DNA of 60,540 nucleotides, counting the filler, from Nemertoderma westbladi (Eukaryota > Animalia > Xenacoelomorpha): NCBI GenBank assembly GCA_032718475.1. It is 3 parts of 3 records of this genome, joined end to end, with 100 filler letters (N's around TTAATTAATTAA, not from the genome) between each part and the next. Parts side by side here need not be neighbours in the genome. Positions count along the whole stretch, not along the records: positions 37,650 to 60,540 come from JAUCBJ010001406.1; 2 more parts are not named here. The stretch is one strand, 5' to 3'. The notes beneath the pieces were generated by a model. That model was given only the letters and a program-made list of their open reading frames with translations. It did not search any database and was not told where the DNA came from. Each line of letters begins with the position of its first letter. Within the stretch, counting starts at the first letter, position 1. The position numbers were made by a program, and so were the translations under genes. Below are positions 50,281 through 60,540 of this stretch, in pieces.

Positions 50281-51338
50281 GTGGGGCGAGCGACGAAAGT
50301 AAGCGAGCTTAGCATACAGGTACCACTAACTCAATCGGTGTGTCTGTTGCTCTATTGTTCTGTTGATCTGTTGTTCTGTCAGCCAAATCTCGATAAAATA
50401 TATCCAAACTTGGTATATACAGTATGTAGTCTGGCAAAAGTTTAGAAATTTTCCAAGTTTTCCAATTTGCGTGGGGTCTTCATGCAGCATCTGTGTAACT
50501 GTCTTGCAGTTATAATACATTTATCTATCCAAAAATTATTAGGCTTGGCATCAGCTGGTTGCTACTAGGAGACTGCAGGATATATCAGGTGGGTTTGAAA
50601 TTCAGCAATACCGGTACAATGCAGCAATAATGTGGCCTTGGGAAGTGTGGTAGGCCTATTTCACTTTCAGCCATTCCAGCATTTCCAGATTGCAGAGTTT
50701 AGAGTACGACACTGGTACCATAAGATGCCTGTACTCAGTACCGGTACTGCTCACTGTTGTTGCTGTATGTGGTAGGCCTAGCTTTCTAGGCTGGTTGTCA
50801 GTCTGTCAATATGGCTCTGCTACTGGATTATCTGGGAAGTTTTGAAATTATGCGGACTTAAGACAGACTGACATATTGTCAGGTTGTACCAGCTGACCTT
50901 TCTTCCATGTTCCGGTATCCACTACTGCACTAGGTACCAAACAACCCAATACTGCAATACCCAGCAACGTTTTGGAATTGTACCAGTACTCAAACAACTC
51001 GCCATCAAGGCCACAGCCTCTGTCTGTCGCAGTGTCATTGGTGACCTCGACTTTTGGTATCACTACTGTGCTAGCGCTACGGGCAAACTGGACTAACCGA
51101 TGAGCGAGACCAGAGGACTGAAGAATGCATTGCATTTTTTGAGTAGTTTGACTGTGGACTTATATGACATCGATGCCAAGCTGCCAATGCGAAAGTTTTT
51201 TTTAAAGTAAAAGTTTGGTTACATTTTCATAATTATTTATTTAAATTTCTTAAGTACCGATTTTGGGATAGAATTGCTCAATTTTAATTTGTATCTAATA
51301 ACTGACCCTCGTCCTGTGCGATGGCCCCACGAACGTGT
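50281..51338 (-). mobile_element. Copy of the DINE/Helentron-like family with both termini
   Basis: Ends gtggggcgag and ggccccacgaacgtgt; 50380-50480 is the reverse complement of ~7365-7452. Confidence 0.65.
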
Positions 51339-51596
51339 ATGCGTGTATCAATATAGGCCTACAGTAGAAATAGTTTGAACAACGGACATCCAACATAAAA
51401 AAAATAATGCCCAGCCACACATAGAGCAAGTTGTTTCTGAAACTTGTTTTGCCAGACCCCTCATATGCGGGAAACTTGTTGCTGCAACTTTTTTCAGCAA
51501 CTTGTTTCTGTAACTTGTTGCTGGACCTCTCATATGACAGGAAACTTATGGCTGCAGAAAATACAATTATTTCAAATAAAGGGCTAACATGTCCAG

Positions 51597-52192
51597 TCAT
51601 GTGGACGACTTCTGTTACCTGTGATCATGGATCCGGAAGTCAGGTGTGGACCTTCGCATTACGTAAGGGAAACGAATGGGCAAGCCTTGAATGGGCTTTC
51701 CAGGATTCGGAAGTCACACAGAAATCATCGGAAACTTAAGGTCCGATTATTTAGAGCAGCAGTAGTTCCAGTACTGCTGTTTCAGAGTGAATGCGGGACT
51801 CTAACTGCGGAGGACACCAAATCTCTGGATGGCACATTCACAAGAATGTTACGCCGGGTTCACTTGTGGTACAATGCACACATCTCCAACCAGACACTAT
51901 ATAACATTAGAGGTGTCTCATTGGTTCCCCAAAGCTTGACACTTGAACAAAGCCACCTCCGCTTTGCAGGACATTGCTTTCGCCGTGAGGACCAGGCTGT
52001 GCACAATCAGTGCTTTGACAGCCCCATATAGATAATAAGCATGGTGGACAGCCCATTTCTTTCGTGAGACGCCTCCTAAAGGAGACTGGCCTTGAAGTTG
52101 TGGGTAATCTCGCTAAAGTCATGGGGATAAGGAGTTGTGGCGCTGCACTTTGTTAATAAGCCGGCATAGCATTCTTAATGCACGCTGCATTG
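51597..52192 (+). mobile_element. 3' fragment of the RTE/Proto2-like LINE
   Basis: KVRLFRAAVVPVLL...LRFAGHCFRR; degraded. Confidence 0.88.
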
Positions 52193-52766
52193 GGACTTGC
52201 CTATTGTGGATTGCATGGTGGGGACAAAAATGTTTTTGTTAAGCCTGAGCATGATCTCATCTCAATGTGCAGTTTCAATGCATCAGGCTGGTTATATTAG
52301 TAGTACCTTAAGACTCCACCAGTCTATTGTTGCCCTTTATCTTCTATAAAAAGCCATCTTGTTTGTGGAGAATACCATCTATCAGTTGAAAAATTTCATA
52401 TATAGAATTAAAGCATAATATATTTAGCAGTCATCTGTTATACAAATTATTTTCTATACAAATGTTTGTTTGCATAACACATACAAAATCCGACACCACA
52501 TATATTACTGCACCTTCACAACAATTGTACTTACCTACAATTAATTGGATTATTTTACTGTACCATTAGGACTAAATGTAATAATTCTTTCAAGATTATT
52601 CATCAAATTATAAATAGAACTATTGAACATGGATAAATAAAACATATTGCAGAAATCAGTAGATGCGACCTGATAATCGCAACAACTAAACATTAATACG
52701 TTCCTGAATGCAAGGACAATATGTTTCAACGCTAAGCCCCCCATACTTTCATATATACCGAAAAAC

Positions 52767-54698
52767 TCACAGCTGAGTGTTAACTTCATCTTCAACTGAC
52801 GATTTAAGCAGCGTCTCAGGCTTTGGCGGGGGTTTGTAAACGTATAGTGTGAGTATAAATACAATTAGATTAGCGAGAGCACATGGAATTCCTATAATGA
52901 TAAAATATCTTGACAACCAAAAATTGTCATAAGCGAGGCAGGATGTTTCCCCAGAACACAAAGTTTGCCAAATAACACACGAATTGTCGACAAGAGATCC
53001 CATAACAATAGGGCCTGGTATGGATCCAAGTAACTTGAATGCTATATTATTTACACCAAGGGCTAAGCTTTGTTGTTGAGGTTTTACACAACGGATAATA
53101 ATTTGTGTTGCTGGCGTTGCAATAGTAAAACAAGCGAACATAAACAGTAGAAAGATGACAAAAAATACATACTTCATGTTTCCAGGGCAGTCGTCAACAC
53201 ATTCTTTCTTATTAACTACTGATCCAAAAAGTGTTGTATTTCGGTTTACAATACACGAACAGTTACCTAAAGCGGATTCACAACCTGCATGACAAGGCGA
53301 ATAGTACATAATATTGTCAGAACCGCAAACAGGTTGATAATGGAGTTTATTGCAGAAGCAGTGAGAATTGCAATCGGCGGTAAAATTTGATAGTTTAGTT
53401 GAGAACTCTTGTTCATTGTTGTAAGGCTTATTAAGGCCGGCAAATGAAGCATCTTTGCAGGAAATGAAAAAGCATCCCTGTAAGAGTAAAGCAATTGTTG
53501 CTGCTGCTATAGACATTTTCATAAATCCTCTACAACTAAGATTTAGTTGTCGACAAATGAAACTGCCGAATAAGGTGCCGCCAAGAGAACCTGGAAGAAA
53601 AATAGCGCCAAGAATAGAAGCTGATTGGCTCGTAGATAAATGGAACTGTTCACTAATATACTTTATACCGAAAGAAATTAGTCCCGTAAGTGCGAAAAAT
53701 TCCACAATACTGGAGCAGAACATTAAAACAACAGTGGGATTTCGGAAAAGTAACATAAATGTCCTCGGCAAATCTTTCAACTGATATCCTAATCCTAGTC
53801 TTTTGTATGCATCTTCAGTTGATGAATTCATGTGGTCTTCACTGATTCGATTTGCGTTGACACTGTCATAGGTAGATAATCGATCCGGGAAACAGCTGAT
53901 GGGAATCGCCAAAATAAAACACCAAATCGATGCAGCAAGAAAGCCAATCCACCAAGCACCAACAAATAGAGATGAGGTCTGATCAACACCTTGGTCAATT
54001 AAGTCAGTTGGAATTCGAAGAAGTATTCCTCCAATAACAAAACCCAATGATGGACCAGCAACAAAACTCGCATAAAATATACCCAACATCAGAGGTGAAT
54101 TACGCCTGGATACGTTCGCATCAATATGAATGTATCCCAAAGTACCAAGAGCTGCAAAACCGATGCCATGCAAAATTTGCGCAACACAAAACATATAGAA
54201 ATAACCGCTAACCGGTGAATAGGTGGTGGATTCAGCCTCGGGACATGAGGCTGTAGCTTCTGCGGATCCGCAATAATTAGCCGATTCTTCAGTAGACCCG
54301 GTGTCTACTTCATATCGACCAGTTAGAACGTGTGGAAGGAAGAATACAAATGATCCCAATGAGTGGATGACAGCTCCAGAAGCCAACCACTTTCCTTTAT
54401 TTATATTCCCCATGTAACTGATAGGAATTGTAGTGATTACACCTCCAATATCATAGCAGGACACGATGAATCCCACTTGTGTGCTAGTCATTTGGAAGCG
54501 TCTTTCGATTGGATTTACACTTGTATTTATAAATCCGTTCACCACCATTTGCTGCACTATTCCAAAGCTAAAGAGAACGACAAGAAGGAAGACTGGTTTG
54601 TTCATCCATTGAAAATAGTCTGATGAATACCACTTCCACCCAAATCGACTACTTCCTTCACTCTCAACTTTTGTTTCATCATCAGTAGTTGGAGACAT
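52767..54698 (-). CDS. Organic anion transporting polypeptide (SLCO/OATP, SLCO4-like), 643 aa, uninterrupted ORF
   Basis: IERRF, the OATP signature VGAWWIGFL, Kazal-like YQPVCGSDNIMYYSPCHAGC, LLGSIPGPIVMG and multiple TM helices. Confidence 0.96.
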   Translation of the reverse strand: MSPTTDDETKVESEGSSRFGWKWYSSDYFQWMNKPVFLLVVLFSFGIVQQMVVNGFINTSVNPIERRFQMTSTQVGFIVSCYDIGGVITTIPISYMGNINKGKWLASGAVIHSLGSFVFFLPHVLTGRYEVDTGSTEESANYCGSAEATASCPEAESTTYSPVSGYFYMFCVAQILHGIGFAALGTLGYIHIDANVSRRNSPLMLGIFYASFVAGPSLGFVIGGILLRIPTDLIDQGVDQTSSLFVGAWWIGFLAASIWCFILAIPISCFPDRLSTYDSVNANRISEDHMNSSTEDAYKRLGLGYQLKDLPRTFMLLFRNPTVVLMFCSSIVEFFALTGLISFGIKYISEQFHLSTSQSASILGAIFLPGSLGGTLFGSFICRQLNLSCRGFMKMSIAAATIALLLQGCFFISCKDASFAGLNKPYNNEQEFSTKLSNFTADCNSHCFCNKLHYQPVCGSDNIMYYSPCHAGCESALGNCSCIVNRNTTLFGSVVNKKECVDDCPGNMKYVFFVIFLLFMFACFTIATPATQIIIRCVKPQQQSLALGVNNIAFKLLGSIPGPIVMGSLVDNSCVIWQTLCSGETSCLAYDNFWLSRYFIIIGIPCALANLIVFILTLYVYKPPPKPETLLKSSVEDEVNTQL

Positions 54699-56346
54699 TT
54701 TATATTGTATGGAGGTTCATAAATCTATATTGATGTGTTATACTAGATACCACACTCGTTGATGATTTAGAATATGCTGCAAGCTGACCAACAATATCTT
54801 AACCGCATAATGTCAACCGGTAATTCAAATAAGATACCTGAATGAATGGTCGTTTTATTTTAAATATTAATAAATATTAACACAATAGCTCGCGTAATCT
54901 ATACCCCATGGTCTGGAATATATTGTCTTAATTCCGTAAGACCATATTCCGTGGAATATGTCTTAATCCCCCACACCTATTTTTTCTACAAAAATATAAA
55001 TTTACAAATTTTAAATTTGTAAGGGCCTCTTTCTAGCGGAGGCGGCACTTATATCAAACTTTGGAGGGAGATTCAAACTACAGACAATTCCAATTCATGT
55101 TATTAAATTAAAATTAAGATGGGGGATGTCACTGGATTTAGACATTATATTCCGGTGAATTTTATTTGAAAATAAGCATGTAATTAGCAAGGGACGTACG
55201 TAATTGGTCAATAAATAGATGCCACTTACTGAAAGAAAATATATTATACGAAGTTTACAAATAAAGACATATTAACTAAACTAAAGTAATTTCTACAGAG
55301 TTACAAAATCATAATTTAACATATTATAATAATTAAAGAAATATTAGAAAATTTATGTTTATAATTATGTATAATACAGTAATTAAATATTTACATTTAG
55401 TTAATCAGGCTTTGTCCCAAACAATAAACAACTTAACATCATACCAAGTTGACTTTGGCAAAAGGAACCAAACAAATTATTCTGATGTGAGGATATAGTG
55501 AGGTCAAACCCCTTGCAATTTGGGAAGAACACAAAATAATTTAATGAATATTACTTTTTCTCATCAATGAGAATACATTATTGACGGGCAATACACAATA
55601 AAAATAGATAATAATAAAATTATAAATTATTTTTAATTGACCTCTTAACCTTGTGCTCTTTTCTATTTTAATATTATTTTCGAAAATTTTAACAGGCAAT
55701 TAGATTATATTATTTACATTATTTCAATGAGAGAGCAGCTCGGTATTTCAGTGGTTTACTACCTACTAGGCCTACATCTTTGGGAACGGCTGAATAATAG
55801 TCAATCCTATAGCAATGCGCTATTAGTAGGCTTTATTGTGTAGCATATGGTCGCCGAATGGATGTAGGCGGGCCACTACTGCATAATATTACCAAGTTTA
55901 TTGAATACAATTAAATTAAAGGCATTTCAAATAAGTACACACTACGTACTACGTAATACTACCAGATGTTTCATAATAATTGGCTGATAACATTATTAAG
56001 TCAATTTTTCGAAATACGATGTAACTTTGTCTTAAACTCCTATGTACTGATGTGTTGTTGTTGAAATAATATTTTAGTGCTTTAATTGTATATTATACAC
56101 TTATTAGCAAATCATATATTACATTCAAAAATGCATTTCGCGAGTTCAAAACTTACCTGAAATTTCAATCTCTATCATTATTAAACATTCCCTGCCTAAT
56201 TGATTTGTTTTATTCTATGTCTATTTGCATGTAAACAAAGATAGTAACAATCAGAAGATTATGTGATTGATTGTAATAGAAACTAAAAACATTTTATTTC
56301 TCAAGGTTATTTGGCAAATAAAACAATATCTAACCTTTGGACTGCG

Positions 56347-56380
<34 letters not shown>

Positions 56381-56717
56381 ATTTCTATTTCAACTCATTC
56401 GATTTTAACTCATCTTTATTAACAAAAATTTTATTAACTCGTTTTTTTAGTTCAACTACCTTCTATATTTGAAATATTAGCTCAACTTCAACTAACTGTT
56501 GGGATTTCGAGCCATCAAGATTTCAAGATCTCGAAACAAAACGATAAATATTAATTGAGTGAACACATGGGTTTTTGTACTGATTGTTAACTTATATGCA
56601 GTGAAGTGTAAAGATATCAAAATAACCAGATAAAAGTAGATCAAAATTCTCCAAAATTATATACTCAGAACATCAGCATTCGGGAATTGTTCGGGCAAAC
56701 CTGGTATAGAAGGAAGC

Positions 56718-58637
56718 ATGCCCACTCATCAAGTAGCTGACAAGACGAATCCCATTAGCCGATACGGTTGGGGATGGTTTTCACCAAATTGTCTTCAATG
56801 GATGAACAAACCAGTAGCCCTACTGATAATATTATTCGCCTTTGCAGTTGTTCAACAGATGGTTGTAAATGGATTTACGAATATCAGCCTAAATCCAATC
56901 GAAAGACGATTCAAATTGACGAGTGCTCAAGTTGGATTTAGTGTAGCTTGTTATGAAATTGGAGGTGTAATCACTACAATTCCTATAAGTTATATGGGAA
57001 ATATAAATAAAGGAAAGTGGTTGGCTTCTGGAGCTGTCATTCACTCATTGGGATCATTTTTATTCTTCCTTCCACACGTTCTAACTGGTCGATATGAAGT
57101 AGACACCGGGTCTACTGAAGAATCGGCAAATTATTGCGGATCTGCAGAAGCTACAGCCTCATGTCCCGAGACCGAATCCACCACCTATTCACCAGTTAGC
57201 GGTTATTTCTATATGTTTTGTGTTGCGCAATTTTTGCATGGCGTTGGTTTTGCAGCTCTTGGTACTTTGGGATACATTCATATTGATGCGAACGTATCCA
57301 GGCGTAATTCACCTCTGATGTTGGGTATATTTTATGCGAGTTTTGTACTTGGTCCATCTCTGGGCTACATAATTGGAGGGGTTCTTCTTCGAATTCCAAC
57401 TGACTTAGTTGACCAAGGTGTTGATCAGACCTCATCTCTATTTGTTGGTGCTTGGTGGATTGGCTTTCTTGCTGCATCGATTTGGTGTCTTATTTTGGCG
57501 ATTCCCATCAGCTGTTTCCCGGATCGATTATCTACCTATGACAGTGTCAACGCAAATCGAATCAGTGAAGACCACATGAATTCATCAACTGAAGACGCAT
57601 ACAAAATACCAGAATTTGGATATCAGTTGAGAGATTTACCGAAGGTATTATTTTTACTCTTCCGTAATCCCACCGTTGTTTTGATGTTCTGTTCTAGTAT
57701 TGTAGAATTTTTTGCACTCACTGCATGCGGTACATTTGGTGTAAAGTTTGTGACTGAACAGTTTGGTGTGCCAACTAGCGAAGCATCCTACACATTGGGT
57801 ATGATATACCTACCAGCAATCGTAGGTGGTACTTTATTCGGCAGCGTTATTTGCCGACAACTTAATCTCACCTGTAAAGGATATATAAAAATGTGCATTA
57901 TCTCTGCAACAGTAGCAGTTCTTTTCAATGGATGCTTTTTGGTTACCTGCAGTGATGCTAACTTTGCTGGATTGAATGTTGGATACAAAAACGAACTTTC
58001 TATGGATTCATCCTCTAAATTCACTTCCGATTGCAACTCTCATTGCCTCTGCAATAAGCTCCATTATCAACCTGTTTGCGGTTCCGACAATATTATGTAC
58101 TATTCGCCTTGTCATGCTGGTTGTGAATCCGCTTCAGGTAACTGTTCGTGTATTGTAGAAGGAAATACAACACTTTTTGGATCAGTAGTTAATAAGGAAG
58201 AGTGTGTAGACGATTGCCCTTTAATGTATTTGTTTTATACACTGCTGCTTTTGTTTATGTTTACATGTTTTACTATTGCAACTCCAGCAACACAAATTCT
58301 TATCCGTTGTGTAAAACCTCAACAACAAAGCTTGGCCCTTGGTGTAAATAATATAGCATTCAAGTTACTTGGATCCATACCAGGCCCTATTGTTATGGGA
58401 TCTCTGCTTGATAATTCGTGTCAGATTTGGCAAACATCTTGCACCGGCGAAACATCCTGTCTCGCTTATGATAATTATTGGATGTCAAGATATTTTGTCA
58501 TTTTAGGTATGCCGTGTACATTTGCCAATGTAATTATCTTCATAGTGACATATTTTGTTTATAAGCCACCACCACCACCACTCTCTACTGAAGATAAAAA
58601 ACAACAAGATACTATGATTGAAGAGACACTGATGTAA
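56718..58637 (+). CDS. Organic anion transporting polypeptide (SLCO/OATP, SLCO4-like), 639 aa, uninterrupted ORF; inverted paralog
   Basis: Same OATP motifs, with long blocks nearly identical to the minus-strand copy. Confidence 0.96.
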   Translation: MPTHQVADKTNPISRYGWGWFSPNCLQWMNKPVALLIILFAFAVVQQMVVNGFTNISLNPIERRFKLTSAQVGFSVACYEIGGVITTIPISYMGNINKGKWLASGAVIHSLGSFLFFLPHVLTGRYEVDTGSTEESANYCGSAEATASCPETESTTYSPVSGYFYMFCVAQFLHGVGFAALGTLGYIHIDANVSRRNSPLMLGIFYASFVLGPSLGYIIGGVLLRIPTDLVDQGVDQTSSLFVGAWWIGFLAASIWCLILAIPISCFPDRLSTYDSVNANRISEDHMNSSTEDAYKIPEFGYQLRDLPKVLFLLFRNPTVVLMFCSSIVEFFALTACGTFGVKFVTEQFGVPTSEASYTLGMIYLPAIVGGTLFGSVICRQLNLTCKGYIKMCIISATVAVLFNGCFLVTCSDANFAGLNVGYKNELSMDSSSKFTSDCNSHCLCNKLHYQPVCGSDNIMYYSPCHAGCESASGNCSCIVEGNTTLFGSVVNKEECVDDCPLMYLFYTLLLLFMFTCFTIATPATQILIRCVKPQQQSLALGVNNIAFKLLGSIPGPIVMGSLLDNSCQIWQTSCTGETSCLAYDNYWMSRYFVILGMPCTFANVIIFIVTYFVYKPPPPPLSTEDKKQQDTMIEETLM

Positions 58638-60202
58638 CATGATTAATGAGGATGTTGATCGATTAACCATGTTTTTGACAATTAGGGAGTGGGATTTACT
58701 ATTTGTGTAATGCTTAGGCTAGAACTACTGTATATCGATCAAGAAGACCAAAGAACACTGAGTTATAGAGTAATTTAGCAAGAAGTTCACATTAATTATA
58801 TGGTTTTTGATAGATTTTGAAAAATACCGTCAGTAATCTAGTTAGATATCGTATGCGATAAATAGAAGCTTACATGTATGTATATATGTATGTATGTGCG
58901 TGCATGAGTTACATAAATCTTAACAGTTTGCAGACATTAGATATATAGACTGGAAAGGAAAGTACAATCACTATACACTATACAAGTATTCTGTTTCTGT
59001 ATGAAATTGGTTCAGCCGTTCAAGTTTGAAGAAGATGGACCGATCATGTCTACAGCGCCCTGGAAATCTATTGCTGTTCGATTTAGTGGTCTAGTTATAT
59101 GGTTAGACCAATGATGCTTCATTTTAAAAGACACTTTTTTTACATATTTTGTAACTTAGTTCCACTAGTAACAGCTTTATCTATTGGTACATAGGCGTTT
59201 AGTTTTGGAGGTAGCACTGTGTATCAAGATGTATTTTGTGTTTCATAATTAGAAATAGTAAATTAATGTTCCGTAATAAATAAAAAACGTACTTGTATGT
59301 GAAGTAGCACTGTACAGAACTTCTGATCCGGGTTATCGTTTACAAGAACGAACGTAGTGAGTGTGTGCTAATTAATAAGGATGCGAGAATCCATAAATAT
59401 TAATTTATTCTAAAACCTTATTCCAGTTAAAACTTAAAACACCGTATGTTTTAACAATGATTTATTGTCTCCCCTAAATCCCAATTTCGATACAAAAAGT
59501 TCAAATTCTAAAATGTAAAATTTTAACGTAAATTGTGTTATATTGTGCGCATATTTATCACAATCTTAAGTCATAAAGTTTTATTATTTCTAGAATATGA
59601 GCTTCCGCATTGTTGCACAATTTATAAAGATAAATATAACGCGTTTATTATAAATTAAAATCATTTTACAAAAGACGTAACTTTCCCATATCAATAATTT
59701 TCTGATAAAGTAGACCATACAATTAATTATTTTTCATATATTTTCTGATGACACGGAAACCACGCCCCCAAAATTTCCTACAAATCTTTATCATATTGCT
59801 TGAAATTTTAAACACAATTAGTTAAACTCACCGTTTGTTTCTGTCCACAGGTAGCAGGAGATTTCGATTTTTAAATTATTTACAAGCGTTTCAATTGGCA
59901 CCCTTCGCATCGCCGCCATTCTTCACATTAGTCGCGATTTATTTAGAAATTTGAACATCTGTTTATCCTGGTTCCCATGGTAACTGGATTTTCTAACTAA
60001 CCCCAATTGTCCCGCTTTGTCCTGTATAGTTGAGTTGAGAAACCCCTAAGTTTATATCAATTGCGGTTCTTTCTACAAATTAATATAATTATAAATATTG
60101 ACTTGAATTACATAAGGTTTTTGTTTTTATAAGTCCGTTGTCATGGAAACAATCCTTTTCCAGATATGTGAACTAGCCTACACGATGCGCCCTTGGGCCT
60201 AG

Positions 60203-60296
60203 TATATAGTACAGTATAGTATATATATATACTGTTGAAGAGTATAGTACAGTATAGTATATATATATACTGTAGAAGAGTATAGTACAGTATATA
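60203..60296 (+). repeat. 38-bp low-complexity tandem repeat, ~2.5 copies
   Basis: tatagtacagtatagtatatatatatactgt(t/a)gaagag repeated. Confidence 0.8.
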
Positions 60297-60540
60297 CATT
60301 CAAACAATGTATTGCCCTTTATAGTCTAGTTTTTGATGGACGAAAAATCAAATTCTGCAGAAATCGCGAAGTGCCTGAGTGCGTGGGTGTACGATGATTG
60401 TCACTATGTTAGAACCCGAGCCTTAAATGTGAAGGAAATGACTGCGGGAAATACCTTGGGTCCTAGAGAGGGAACGGAAAGGGAAGCAATTGACAATGAG
60501 GAGGGGGAAGGGGGACAATTGTCCAATCATGTTTTTAACC

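Noticed and set aside
50848-51135. 95-aa ORF as a captured gene
   Set aside because: No recognisable motif or splice support; it lies inside a non-autonomous repeat.
53267-58158. Short ORFs overlapping the OATP genes
   Set aside because: Antisense or alternative-frame shadows of the long coding sequences.
60165-60205. Helitron 3' end (ctagcc...gggcctagt)
   Set aside because: The hairpin is weak and no matching 5' TC terminus could be identified.

Overview
AT-rich animal (invertebrate-type) nuclear DNA made of three contigs (1-18778, 18879-37549, 37650-60540). They are joined by artificial 100-bp pads (44 N + TTAATTAATTAA + 44 N), so adjacency across the pads is not guaranteed. Genes with phase-consistent GT-AG splicing: a partial ROS1/Sevenless-like receptor tyrosine kinase (+, 6 exons, 9851-17876), a partial EF-hand/WD40 protein of the WDR49/EFCAB8/WDY type (+, 5 exons, 28232-37063) and a small Shisa-like membrane protein with two Cys-rich domains (-, 2 coding exons). 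There is also a frameshifted RING/TRAF-finger gene copy and a head-to-head pair of SLCO/OATP transporters with uninterrupted ORFs and patchy near-identity. The rest is dense with repeats: RTE/Proto2-like, L2/CR1-like, CRE-like and Penelope-like fragments, a head-to-tail Helitron dimer nested in another element nested in a LINE, MITEs, a foldback structure and large tandem arrays. The most unusual observation is a ~6.1-kb, 38-bp-unit intronic satellite whose monomer is the last 30 nt of a ROS1-like coding exon plus its 5' splice donor, giving ~160 tandem copies of an exon/intron junction. All family assignments come from motif recognition, not database searches.
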